Shown here one piece after another: positions 37,098-46,748 of a stretch of 64,000 bases of DNA (its first letter is position 1; every line of letters begins with the position of its first letter). A program made the translations under genes and the position numbers. Location: the IMG/VR virus record IMGVR_UViG_3300020050_007362, positions 11,369 through 75,368 of that record. The stretch is one strand, 5' to 3'. The notes below the pieces were generated by a model, which did not search any database, was not told where the DNA came from, and was given only the letters and a program-made list of their open reading frames with translations. The stretch comes from a virus (taxonomy: Duplodnaviria > Caudoviricetes).

Positions 37098-40031
37098 CTA
37101 TTTTTTACGTTTGGTTATTCCATTTTTAGGATATTCAGTAACCGGTTCAATTGGTTTGGCAAATACTGGTTTGCCTTGCCATTGTCTATCGGCTGCTGCG
37201 CGTTCTGCATTGGCATAGTCTTCTGGTGATACTTCACCGGCGGCTATATTTTGTAACTGTTCTTGGTTAAGACCGGGAACAATAGAGGGTGCATCATAAT
37301 ACTTCTGATGGCCTTCTAACTGTAGCGGAGCTGTACTGGGGTTTAGACCGGGGATATGTTGGTAATCTTTTGGAACTCCAACCCCTATCGAATACTCAGT
37401 TACTGCTGGCGCTTCAGCATTGCTGGTGCCGCTTACATTTCCGTAAAAACCTTGACCTTTAGCTGACATATCATCTCGCATCAGATGGCGTTGAGTCAAA
37501 TCAGGTTGGGTTAAACCAGTATTAGCTATTGCTGGCGCGTAGTTATTAGGAACTACTGTTCCGCTTTGATTAGGTACAATAACTTCTGGTCCTTTCTCCC
37601 CTACAAGATAAGGTTGCCCTTCGTTTACCGGTCCTCCTTTTGCTCTTGCTTCAATCTCCGGTGTTTCTATCCCTGCTTGCAAACCTGATCTGGCAGAAGG
37701 TGGTTGGCTAGGGTGATAGTTAGGCGCTTGTGGCATTACTGCTGGCGGTACCATGCCGGGTTGAGGGGTCACTTCAGATACAATCGGTGCTTTGTTATGA
37801 TCAGAAAAGCCTGAAGACGCTAGAATCTCATCGGATACCGGTGCAATGCCTGGGTTTTGGGCAATGACTCCTGCTGCTTGAGTGGCTTCGTAAACAGCCG
37901 TTACATTAGTGGTTGCTGTTTGAGCAATTAACAAATTAATCTTGGCTTCCATTTCCTTCATTGCCAATGTTAGTTTATCATTCTCCAACTGAATCTTAGC
38001 TTGTGCCACTTCAAGTTTACCTTGCTCAAACTTAGATTTTTCCTCTAACTGTTTTTGAGCCAACTCAATTTTTGGATCAGTTTGTGGGTTAGCTTTCATC
38101 TCTTCTGCTTTGGCAAAATCAAAGAAGCGTTCACCGTTATCATAGCCGGCTGCACCAAATACCTCTTTGGCAATCTCTCTTCCGTTGATAGCCGCTGCTG
38201 CATCCGGTACTAACTGAATAACCGTTGAGATAGCGGTAGAAATCTTTTGGATACGTTGGCTAGGGCTTACAGCGCCAGCACCTACGTTAACCGTTACAGA
38301 GAACTTATGGTCAAAATACTCAGGTAATACTTGTAACAACTTGGCTTTCTTAGAAGCGACAGTGATTGCCGTGATATCGGTTTCATACATCGATTCAAGC
38401 TGAATGATTTGATGTAATACTGTTTCAATCCATGTTTTAGTAATGGTACGTAGTTCCATTTCACGAACACGGTTGCCGGCAGACTGCATCATCTCCATAC
38501 CGCCAACTGTCTCGTTCATTTTACGATTAGAGTTAACCGTACTGCCGGCCATAGAACCTGATAGATCATCCGCTGCCAAGTTGATTCTATCTTCTTCTTG
38601 GTAACTTGAACTGGTGACATCCGCTGTCGCTAAAGGCATTACATGACTATCCAGCGCACCGGGTGCTGAGATACCAATCAGTCCGCCGGGAACATTACGA
38701 CTTAACGCCCGAACATCAACTTGACTGCCTTGACGGTATAAGTATCTTCTGTTTAATACTTGACGAACGTTATCAATTCGTTGGTTCTTGATTTCGTTTA
38801 AAGATTTTTGCAAACCGGCTATTAAAGATACCGCACTGCTTGGGTAAACTTTATCAGTTTCAACTTCAAGCTTACCTGACGCATAATCGCGTTTGCCATT
38901 TGCCCAAGGGATAACCGATGACAGTAATACTGGCTCTGACAACATGAGCATTGTGCCGGCAGTGTAATACAGCCAGTCTTCACCGTTGTAACGTACTATG
39001 TTACGGTGTATCCAAATCATTTTGAAATCATCAACCGATTCCATCTGATAAGACTTAGGATCAAGATGGTTCTGTCCGGCTCTGGCTCTTCGGGTGGTAT
39101 CAAAATCTCCCCTTTCTCCAGCTGCCATTAACATATTCTTACCGATATCCTTCCAAGAAGGTTCACCGTTCTTACTGTCTTTACCTTCTCTGATCTTAGT
39201 TTCAACATCCACTAAGAACATCGGGATCATTTCAATCAGGTATGGTGATGAGTTAATGGGGTCTAACCAATCAGATGCCGGTGAAATGCGTAGATTTTCA
39301 GCAGGTACAATGCGGACGTTAGGTTTATCAACTATCGTTTCAGTTGTATACAGCTCAACCATTTCGCCGGTTAATGGGTCAATTTCTTGACCGATTACGG
39401 TTTCCTTTTCCCGATACTCCCAAGATTGATGGGAAACGACCATGCCTAATACGGCTACTTCTTGAATACCGCCTAACAATATTTGATACCAAGGAATAGA
39501 ATTAGCTAAACGGTAATTAACCAACTCCTTCATTAAGCTAGCCGCTTCGTTTTGTTGTTGATCATCCTGATCTTCAGCTTCTATGGCTACGACATCCGAG
39601 CTGGCAAAAAAGGCACTGGTGGCCGCCGCTTGGATATCTCGGACTAGCGTTCTGGTCTTTGGCCAAAAGTAACTTGAGCGATGCTTATTAGCATCCGATA
39701 AGATAGGTGAGCCTTCCGCGTGTTCAGAATGGTAATGGCGTAAGTTCCTTGACCATTCAGCACGTAGGTTAATCTTCATCCACGCATCGGAGGCTTCAAA
39801 CGCATTCCTAGCCATGCGTAGCCAATCAGCTGATTCAGTGCTAGCACCTTCTGCCGATTGCGTATCTTGTTGAGCAGATTTAGGTTGATCAGTTTGGCTA
39901 GTATCACGCGCACGTTGTTGAAGTTCAGCTTCAACCGAATTTACAATGGGCGCCGTTACTGAAGATGAAGGTCTCCATTGTCCCCCTTCGAGACTTGCTT
40001 GCGGACCTGATGTGTCACTGATAATAGCCAT
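37098..40031 (-). CDS. portal protein with a long C-terminal extension
   Basis: 977 aa between TerL and the scaffold; PKTRTLVR, VPAENLRISP and EIKNQRIDNV motifs of podovirus-type portals. Confidence 0.8.
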   Translation of the reverse strand: MAIISDTSGPQASLEGGQWRPSSSVTAPIVNSVEAELQQRARDTSQTDQPKSAQQDTQSAEGASTESADWLRMARNAFEASDAWMKINLRAEWSRNLRHYHSEHAEGSPILSDANKHRSSYFWPKTRTLVRDIQAAATSAFFASSDVVAIEAEDQDDQQQNEAASLMKELVNYRLANSIPWYQILLGGIQEVAVLGMVVSHQSWEYREKETVIGQEIDPLTGEMVELYTTETIVDKPNVRIVPAENLRISPASDWLDPINSSPYLIEMIPMFLVDVETKIREGKDSKNGEPSWKDIGKNMLMAAGERGDFDTTRRARAGQNHLDPKSYQMESVDDFKMIWIHRNIVRYNGEDWLYYTAGTMLMLSEPVLLSSVIPWANGKRDYASGKLEVETDKVYPSSAVSLIAGLQKSLNEIKNQRIDNVRQVLNRRYLYRQGSQVDVRALSRNVPGGLIGISAPGALDSHVMPLATADVTSSSYQEEDRINLAADDLSGSMAGSTVNSNRKMNETVGGMEMMQSAGNRVREMELRTITKTWIETVLHQIIQLESMYETDITAITVASKKAKLLQVLPEYFDHKFSVTVNVGAGAVSPSQRIQKISTAISTVIQLVPDAAAAINGREIAKEVFGAAGYDNGERFFDFAKAEEMKANPQTDPKIELAQKQLEEKSKFEQGKLEVAQAKIQLENDKLTLAMKEMEAKINLLIAQTATTNVTAVYEATQAAGVIAQNPGIAPVSDEILASSGFSDHNKAPIVSEVTPQPGMVPPAVMPQAPNYHPSQPPSARSGLQAGIETPEIEARAKGGPVNEGQPYLVGEKGPEVIVPNQSGTVVPNNYAPAIANTGLTQPDLTQRHLMRDDMSAKGQGFYGNVSGTSNAEAPAVTEYSIGVGVPKDYQHIPGLNPSTAPLQLEGHQKYYDAPSIVPGLNQEQLQNIAAGEVSPEDYANAERAAADRQWQGKPVFAKPIEPVTEYPKNGITKRKK

Positions 40032-40093
40032 TCTTTTACCTTTTGTTGTTTTAGTCTCACGACTATAAAGAGTTTACGTAAATATTTGTATAC

Positions 40094-40570
40094 TTACGTA
40101 ATAATACGGTCAGGTGTTAGTGCTTCAAATTCTTTTTTCACTTTGGCATAACCCGTATTAGTTTCAGGCATAGCCGCATGGTTAGGTACAAGCAAACCGG
40201 CTGCGTTAGTCATCATGCCTCTAATCGCATCGCCTTTAGCTCTATCCGGTTTAATCCCTAATGCTTCTAATAGCAAACCGCCGGCTCTCATAACGCAAAG
40301 CATACGATCTTTATCAATGTCCTTATAGTTAATGACATAAACGATATCTGTTGGCACATCCAACAACCGGATGATCATTGAACTCATCTCTTTGCCGTCA
40401 CAGGCCGAGAACTCTACGCCCCATGCCCAGTTTTTATAATGCTTGTGCAGCATACGCAAGGCTTCTTTGGCCAACATTTCCTCTTCACTTTTCCAGTCTT
40501 GAGGAACGGTATCACTAACCGGGTCTATTCTTGGGGTATGTCTTTTCTTAATAGGTGTGTTTTCTATCAT
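40094..40570 (-). CDS. hypothetical protein (LHKHY..W.W.V...GGLLLE family found near terminase/portal genes)
   Basis: 158-aa ORF. Confidence 0.6.
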   Translation of the reverse strand: MIENTPIKKRHTPRIDPVSDTVPQDWKSEEEMLAKEALRMLHKHYKNWAWGVEFSACDGKEMSSMIIRLLDVPTDIVYVINYKDIDKDRMLCVMRAGGLLLEALGIKPDRAKGDAIRGMMTNAAGLLVPNHAAMPETNTGYAKVKKEFEALTPDRIIT

Positions 40571-40596
40571 GGGTTATTGTTATGCTTATGGGTTAT

Positions 40597-40839
40597 CTAA
40601 GGATTAGTAGAAACCAGTTCTGGATCAGGTAGATGTGTTGTTACACCGCCTGTAATAGAGACTGGTTTTTCATAAGGGGAGAAAGGGTTTAGGTTAGACA
40701 TAAAACGTTTACGACCACCACCAAACTCATACTTTGCATAAGGGGGTTCTTGCCCTCCTCGCGCTTGTTGCAGTAAAGTTTCATATTCTATTACTCGTTG
40801 AGTAACTTTATTTTTAGGTGGGAAAGGAACAGCGGTCAT
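40597..40839 (-). CDS. hypothetical protein
   Basis: 80-aa ORF with GGAG SD; upstream TTGTCA-17-TATTAA on the minus strand near 40864-40892. Confidence 0.6.
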   Translation of the reverse strand: MTAVPFPPKNKVTQRVIEYETLLQQARGGQEPPYAKYEFGGGRKRFMSNLNPFSPYEKPVSITGGVTTHLPDPELVSTNP

Positions 40840-40898
40840 TTTATTCTCCTATTCATTGTTCGCTATTAATAGCATACACCGCTGTTTTTGACAAGAAT

Positions 40899-41224
40899 TT
40901 ACGAGTCTAGCCCACGGGAACTTTTCATATCTAGGGGAACTTTATGCACGATTATTTCCACATTATATTCTTCGTGTCCTGTGTTAATAAGAAAGGCAAT
41001 ACCGTCTTCTTCAGCATGGTCAGCATATATCATGCCAATAGCTCCCATCGCATTAATAATATTTTTAAATATCCACTCATCCGAATACCCTAAATTATGC
41101 GCTACTTCTTCCAGAGTAATATTGGTATCCGGATTAAGGTTTTCGTTTCGGTTTCGGTTTCGGTTTCGGTTTCAGTTTTGTTTTTGTTTGTTTTTGGTTT
41201 TTTAGGTACTAAGGTTAATGTCAT
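40899..41224 (-). pseudogene. ORF frameshifted within a (GAAACC)n repeat
   Basis: ATG 41224 gives MTLTLVPKKPKTNKNKTETETETETETK..., stopping after 40 aa; the -1 frame ENLNPDTNITLEEVAHNLGY...GLDS runs to TAA 40899-40901 with no upstream start; the last repeat unit lacks one C. Confidence 0.55.
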
Positions 41225-41225
41225 T

Positions 41226-42806
41226 TTAAAATCCTAATTCTGGTTCAATAATTGGGTCAGACCCATACATGCTGGAGCGACCTACTGCTGTAAACGCACC
41301 TGTTGCAACCGCTTGAGCAAACTGTTGAAACGCATCTGCTGCGTTTGATTCTTGGCCATGGCGGGGAACTTTAGACCATGTACCTGTTCTTGCATCCCAT
41401 TTCTTTCGATACGCTTCAAGATGCTTTAATCCCATATGGCAATTAGATTCATCAAACACACATTGCCTTAATACGTTACGCGCTTGTTGAATAGCCATCT
41501 GCTTATCAGGCGTTCTAGGGATGACCCATACTTGCCAAAAGGGTGCTAGTTGTTGAACCATGTCTGCCGGTGTTGTATTAACCATTTGCCCTTGTCGCAT
41601 ATGGTTAGCATCATGCGGTAGGAAGCACTGATCAACGACATAGCCCCAACCGTTAATAACATCTACAAAATACTTAAAAGTCTCCCCACTGGCTTCGGTA
41701 AAGTTGATCACCGAATAATGAGTAGGCTTTTTTTGTATTGCCCAAACTGAAGTTTCATCTGAAGCCCCGATATCAAAGAACACCGATACCGGATACATCT
41801 CATCAACCGGATTCAAACCAATCCTTCTCTCTTTACGTAATGCCCTAAACTGTTCTCTGAAATAAGAACCTTCAAGTGATACTTTAAAAGCTTCGTCAGG
41901 TGTTGCCGGCATTTCCTGCCAGAACATCTCTTCGTCACCGGAATAAGTAATTGCGCAATACTGAACGCGCCAGGCTTTCTGTTCAGGCGTTAGCTTTACT
42001 TTAATCTCCGCTTCTAGTTCTTCAAAGTATTCTTCATCCCGTTTAGTCAACGTCACTAACTCTGGCGGAGCGACATAACGTTTCTCCTGCCACCAAGCAA
42101 AGAAGAAAAACTTAAACGATATCTTGAGTAAGGGCTTACCGGCTTCTTTATACTTCCTAGCCGTATCGACTAAATCAAAAAATGCCCCTGAGTTTCCTTC
42201 CGCAGTTGACTCAATAAAAATCAAACCGTCTTCCGCTACTGAGGTAATAGACCCTGTGATAATTTCCTTCGCTTTACCATTATCCTTAGCCGCGATCTTA
42301 CCAAACTCAGATACCCATAAAAATGTCGGTGTACCACCACGAGAAGAGGTACGCACTTCAATAACCGACTTATTGGTAAAGGCCAACGCTGTCTTAGATG
42401 GCAATCCTTCCAATGGCAGGGCTTTCTTCAAGGGCTCTGGTAAGTTATCATAAGCATAGCGGATTAAACCCCTAAAGATAGCCTCAGCACTGGACATATC
42501 TTGCGCAATGAACACCACCGTTTCATTAGGGGAGAAAAGCGCCGTGTCCAATCCTAATATCGCAATAGCTGTAGAGAACCCTAGCTTTCGTGCTTTGAGT
42601 ACAATGTTTCGGGTATGCACATCATTAAACAGCATCTGCTGGGCATCGTTCGGTTTAAAAGTAATCTTTTGTTTCTTTGCATCGATGATGGAATAGATAT
42701 GGCTTAAACGCCATTGTGGATCAGATAACCCCTTAGCTAAATCCGCTTCAGTGAAATCAAAACCCGGCATGGGTGTTGTTAAAGCAACTGGTTTTTTATA
42801 AGCCAT
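41226..42806 (-). CDS. terL: terminase large subunit
   Basis: Walker A VLKARKLGFST, Walker B-like FLWVSEFG, ESTAEG coupling motif, nuclease FFDIG and HGQESNAADAF. Confidence 0.92.
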   Translation of the reverse strand: MAYKKPVALTTPMPGFDFTEADLAKGLSDPQWRLSHIYSIIDAKKQKITFKPNDAQQMLFNDVHTRNIVLKARKLGFSTAIAILGLDTALFSPNETVVFIAQDMSSAEAIFRGLIRYAYDNLPEPLKKALPLEGLPSKTALAFTNKSVIEVRTSSRGGTPTFLWVSEFGKIAAKDNGKAKEIITGSITSVAEDGLIFIESTAEGNSGAFFDLVDTARKYKEAGKPLLKISFKFFFFAWWQEKRYVAPPELVTLTKRDEEYFEELEAEIKVKLTPEQKAWRVQYCAITYSGDEEMFWQEMPATPDEAFKVSLEGSYFREQFRALRKERRIGLNPVDEMYPVSVFFDIGASDETSVWAIQKKPTHYSVINFTEASGETFKYFVDVINGWGYVVDQCFLPHDANHMRQGQMVNTTPADMVQQLAPFWQVWVIPRTPDKQMAIQQARNVLRQCVFDESNCHMGLKHLEAYRKKWDARTGTWSKVPRHGQESNAADAFQQFAQAVATGAFTAVGRSSMYGSDPIIEPELGF

Positions 42807-42840
42807 GGTTATTTTTATTATTTATAATGGAGAGCATTTT

Positions 42841-43044
42841 CTACCCTATCTGATTACATTTAGCTTCAGGATTTTTACGGCCAACGCCGTACTTACAATC
42901 TTCACACATTAAAGTGGTGTTGTATTCACAATCAGAATAACCCGACCACTCATCGTAAACGCCTTTGCACTTAGGGTGCTTAAGTGGTTTAACATCGTTA
43001 GAGAAATTAAAAAGTTCTATTTCTATAGTCATTGTAGCTATCAC
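42841..43044 (-). CDS. small Cys-rich hypothetical protein
   Basis: HPKC...DCEY...CEDCKY...KC. Confidence 0.55.
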   Translation of the reverse strand: MIATMTIEIELFNFSNDVKPLKHPKCKGVYDEWSGYSDCEYNTTLMCEDCKYGVGRKNPEAKCNQIG

Positions 43045-43385
43045 TTACAATTAAAGACTTGGCGGGTTGGTGTTGAGTTTTCAGAATTACAATATAAAGC
43101 TTTACCGTAAGGTGTGTTTTCTATTTTATCTTTTTCCTTACTATCCACTAGAGTTTGGTATTGCATATTTGATGGCTCATCTATTCCACCTTGGCCGATT
43201 GCACAAATATGATCTACTATATATCCTTTACGCCCATGGGGATAGCCTTGCGCTTTATCAAACTGCCTTTTTACTGCGGCTGATCGACAACTGGCATCCG
43301 CGTAGTTTACACCTGTAAACAAAATAATTATTATAATTGGCCATAAAGATCGTATTGACATAGGTTGCGCTATCATTGGTATCAT
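43041..43385 (-). CDS. HNH-like protein with an N-terminal signal/transmembrane segment
   Basis: WPIIIIILFTGVNYADA followed by YIVDHICAIGQGGIDEPSNMQYQT; start revised to 43385 (AGGAA SD). Confidence 0.6.
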   Translation of the reverse strand: MIPMIAQPMSIRSLWPIIIIILFTGVNYADASCRSAAVKRQFDKAQGYPHGRKGYIVDHICAIGQGGIDEPSNMQYQTLVDSKEKDKIENTPYGKALYCNSENSTPTRQVFNCK

Positions 43386-43395
43386 ATCGGTATTC

Positions 43396-43590
43396 CTAAT
43401 GTTTATACTTTTTAAATTGAGCACATTTATCTCCGGGACTTTCTTCAAACATATAGCAGTGCTGGTTCCGGTATTCTGCATAAGCGACTTGTCTGAATTT
43501 ACAGTTATCGCAATCCGCATCCGGTAGTTCTTTTGGATCACTTTCCATAAGTAGACAATTTAGTAAGTCCATCATTGTTCTTGCTTTCAT
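43396..43590 (-). CDS. small Cys-rich hypothetical protein
   Basis: CDNC...HCY...KC; overlaps the endolysin stop. Confidence 0.55.
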   Translation of the reverse strand: MKARTMMDLLNCLLMESDPKELPDADCDNCKFRQVAYAEYRNQHCYMFEESPGDKCAQFKKYKH

Positions 43591-44015
43591 AATAACAGCT
43601 CCGCTTCTTTAGCTCTACGTTTAACTAAACCCTTAAGCACTTTACCACCGCCCTTGTTCCATCTCTTAATCTCAATGATTGCGTTTGGCCAATCCTTTGC
43701 GTCAACTTTTTTCTTTAGTGTAGAGCTTTTGTAATTGGTTATTCCACAGTTGTAAATAAAATCAGCTATGGCCGCTTGACGTTTAGAAGATTCATGTATG
43801 AGAACTGGACTGACTTTTAAAGCCTGTTCAATGCAAGCCGTTGCTTCTTTGAGTAGGTCTTCATCGGCTTGCTCTTGCGTCCAGAGCATCCCTTCTTTTA
43901 CCCCGTGAGTTTGGCCCCAACCGATCGTGAGCACCTTCGCCGGACAAAGATAAGCCTTTAAAGAACAGCCTTCAAACTGTTTTATTAGTAACGTTAATAT
44001 TTGTAATGTATTCAT
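43587..44015 (-). CDS. endolysin, GH24 lysozyme family
   Basis: FEGCSLKAYLCPAKVLTIGWGQT (E-X8-C-X5-T triad) and WNKGGGKVLKGLVKRRAKEAEL. Confidence 0.92.
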   Translation of the reverse strand: MNTLQILTLLIKQFEGCSLKAYLCPAKVLTIGWGQTHGVKEGMLWTQEQADEDLLKEATACIEQALKVSPVLIHESSKRQAAIADFIYNCGITNYKSSTLKKKVDAKDWPNAIIEIKRWNKGGGKVLKGLVKRRAKEAELLL

Positions 44016-44017
44016 GA

Positions 44018-44689
44018 TTAAACCAAATCTTCTAAATCATAATCGTCGTTGGAAAAGGTTTTATCTTCAAACTCATTAAGTAAAAAATCACTTACATCGT
44101 CATCGCTTGGGTAATACTCTGCTTCTTCCGTATCGGTATTGTCTTCTATCTTTACTGCTGTCGAAGCGATAACAGGCCGTAGTACACTGCCTTGCAAAGC
44201 GGATAGCAATTGGGTTAAAGAGTCACCGGTTTCTACCACGGTCTTCTGCTCGATGCGGTCACTGTAACCGTGATGGTTTTTTAGATCGAATACGATGCCG
44301 TTTACATTTCTTCCTCCCTCTATTAGCAATTCGTTCTTCCACTCCTCAATTCGTGTTCTAGCAGTATCAATAACATCAGCAAAATCCTCTCCCTTCTCCT
44401 CATACCGTCTTAATGCTTCTTTTGTAGTAAACCCTAACGACAATGCTAATCCCGCAATAGTAAGCGGTTTCTCATCTGCAAGCTTCTTATCAAAATACAG
44501 GTTGACGGCATGTTCCAAAGCTTTTGCCGAAGCGTACTTACCCATAAACCCACTGGACGCTCCCATCCCTCTTGGTTTATACAAACCGGGAGAGCCGTTA
44601 GCATTCTTAGCCGGAGGCGGCAATAACGGTTTGTTATCGCTCTTTTTAGTGTTTTTTTCGGGCGTATTGTAAGCCGATGTCTCTTTCAT
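44018..44689 (-). CDS. terS: terminase small subunit (P22 gp3-like DNA packaging protein)
   Basis: AVNLYFD...PLTIAGLALSLGF...IFDLKNHHGYSDRIE. Confidence 0.8.
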   Translation of the reverse strand: MKETSAYNTPEKNTKKSDNKPLLPPPAKNANGSPGLYKPRGMGASSGFMGKYASAKALEHAVNLYFDKKLADEKPLTIAGLALSLGFTTKEALRRYEEKGEDFADVIDTARTRIEEWKNELLIEGGRNVNGIVFDLKNHHGYSDRIEQKTVVETGDSLTQLLSALQGSVLRPVIASTAVKIEDNTDTEEAEYYPSDDDVSDFLLNEFEDKTFSNDDYDLEDLV

Positions 44690-44720
44690 TTGCGTATTCC
44701 GGTATTTGTTTATCTATTAG

Positions 44721-44750
44721 TTTATAGCACTTGCTATATTAATTTGTCAA
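44721..44750 (-). promoter_or_regulatory. sigma70-like promoter overlapped by a dyad
   Basis: Minus strand TTGACA-18-TATAAA with a TG extension; TATAGCA-CT-TGCTATA palindrome covers the -10. Confidence 0.6.
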
Positions 44751-44765
44751 GAGTGTGTTGGGCGT

Positions 44766-45842
44766 TTAGGCCAAATCCTCCAGATCGTATAAATCAGAAT
44801 ACGTTGATACTTCCAAAGCAGTTAATGGGGCGTCCTTCTTTTTTGTTTCAGCTTTAGGGATATCATAGTAATAACCGACAATGGTTTTAACTTTGCGTTC
44901 AAGGGTATGGTTTTGTTTTACCAGTTCAGAAATGTTCATGGGTAAACAATTTAAAGCCAAAGCCGCTTCGTCAACCGTAAACCCATTCTTCAATTGATCA
45001 GGCGTTCTGTTCTTTAGAAACGTATTGAACCGCTCAGGGATATCTTTAAAGTTTAAAACGTGCATCGGTTCTTTGGTTTGAGCTGTTGGGTTTGGTGCTT
45101 TAACTTGCGCTATTCGATTGATACTTTGTTGTTTGATATACCCTAAAGGTTCAGATTTTTCTTTTCTTTCAACAACGGGCGCTCTTTTTTTAATTTTTGG
45201 GTCAGGATACCCATTTATTTTTTCAAACAAATCATCTTTTTGTTTTTGTTTTAATAATGCGCACCTATCTTTACTTTTAATTTGTTTTTTTAAAAGGTAT
45301 TTTTCCATCTCTATAAAACTTTGGTGTTTCCAATAATACCCTTTTATGGAATTTCTTGTTCCTTGTATTTGCATAAAACCAAGGGCGTGTAGTATTTTGG
45401 AAAGTTGTTGTTTATTGCTTTGCCCAATATCCATTGTTTTTGCAACTTCTACCAACATCTCTTCAGTTGTCCTTATTAAATTTTTATCTCCGGGGTTATC
45501 TTCAAAATGTTTTTTTATTTTCTTGGTCATATTTGATTGAGAATCAAAATAGTTACCATTTCTTGCTATATTGGCTTCTATTTTAGCCGCTTGCTTTTCC
45601 ATTCTAAATTCTTGGGTTTGTTGCCTATCGATTAATCTTTTTTTAGCTTTGTCCTCTTCCCACTGTTTTGTAAATTCTCTTGAATATCGTCTATCTTCCG
45701 CTCTTTTTTCTTTATGCGCCCTTTCTTTCTCTTTTTCTTCTGCTCTAATTCGCAACCTTTCATTTTTTAATTCTTCTATGAGTCTTTTTTCTTTTAGCTT
45801 CTCCATTGCTTTTTCTTCTTTTAATTTTTCTAAAATATACAT
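44766..45842 (-). CDS. Lys/Glu-rich hypothetical protein, possibly DNA-binding
   Basis: 358-aa ORF; ends YDLEDLA, like the TerS ending YDLEDLV. Confidence 0.6.
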   Translation of the reverse strand: MYILEKLKEEKAMEKLKEKRLIEELKNERLRIRAEEKEKERAHKEKRAEDRRYSREFTKQWEEDKAKKRLIDRQQTQEFRMEKQAAKIEANIARNGNYFDSQSNMTKKIKKHFEDNPGDKNLIRTTEEMLVEVAKTMDIGQSNKQQLSKILHALGFMQIQGTRNSIKGYYWKHQSFIEMEKYLLKKQIKSKDRCALLKQKQKDDLFEKINGYPDPKIKKRAPVVERKEKSEPLGYIKQQSINRIAQVKAPNPTAQTKEPMHVLNFKDIPERFNTFLKNRTPDQLKNGFTVDEAALALNCLPMNISELVKQNHTLERKVKTIVGYYYDIPKAETKKKDAPLTALEVSTYSDLYDLEDLA

Positions 45843-45886
45843 TTGTTTTTCCCCTAGGCATAGTACAGTATTAAAATATAAAGCTT

Positions 45887-45916
45887 ATAGTACCTACATT
45901 TAAAGAAGGTTGTCAA
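45887..45916 (-). promoter_or_regulatory. sigma70-like promoter
   Basis: Minus strand TTGACA-18-TACTAT upstream of the 358-aa gene. Confidence 0.5.
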
Positions 45917-46032
45917 TTTTTTATTTTTTTATTTTTTTTATAAGTATGTTTTAATACATATGGTTTGTTAAAAAAAATAACAATTAAAAACAATATGTTA
46001 TGTATATGTTTAATCGTTTATACCGTAATGCG

Positions 46033-46345
46033 TATTACAGGGTTGTTAAAAAGCTGTATACCTTAAAATTACATTAGCTATATTCTATAAAGGTTTAATG
46101 ATACCTATCCTGCTATCCTGTAGGTATTCAAACACCTTCAACTAACCAAACAGTTTAACGTTGTACCTGATTTATTAACGTTACCTATTCTATACTGGTC
46201 CCTATACTACTCTATCTACCCCTATTTATTCTATCTATACTATTTATTATATTATTATATTATTAAAGGATAGTAGTAGTATAGAGTATATAGATAAAGG
46301 GAAATTGTAATTTTGAGTATACAGCTTTTTGTATGTATTGTAATA
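46033..46345. repeat. long-spaced inverted repeat around an AT-rich core
   Basis: TATTACA-N8-AAAAAGCTGTATAC-N2/3-AAAATTACA at 46033-46073 and its reverse complement at 46306-46345. Confidence 0.8.
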
Positions 46346-46485
46346 AGTCCAAAAATCAATGTTTTTTATTTTTAATAAAAAATTTAAATTGCTTTACTGA
46401 ACCTGTTGCGGAATAGCCCCTTGGTAAGGATGCGGCATGGTTTTAACAAGCAACTAATAGCTTTATGGGGGATGGGGGAGTGGGG

Positions 46486-46639
46486 TTAGCTATGAGGGAT
46501 TAGCTATGAGGGATTAGCTATGAGGGATTAGCTATGAGGGATTAGCTATGAGGGATTAGCTATCGGCTAAAAGATATGAGGGATTAGCTATGAGGGATTA
46601 GCTATCGGCTAAAAGCTATGAGGGATTAGCTATCGGCTA
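46486..46639. repeat. tandem array of 11 in-phase 14-bp units (TTAGCTATGAGGGA / TTAGCTATCGGCTA)
   Basis: Read directly from the sequence; no spacers. Confidence 0.95.
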
Positions 46640-46736
46640 ATAGAGAATTTTTTTTATAAAATTTTTTTCTAAATTTTTGACGAAGCTGTATATATGCGAG
46701 GCATGGGGTGGTTACTATTTGCCGTCACCCGAAAGA

Positions 46737-46748
46737 GGGGTATACCCC
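46737..46748. other. perfect palindrome GGGGTATACCCC
   Basis: Seen directly at the AT-rich to GC-richer transition. Confidence 0.8.
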
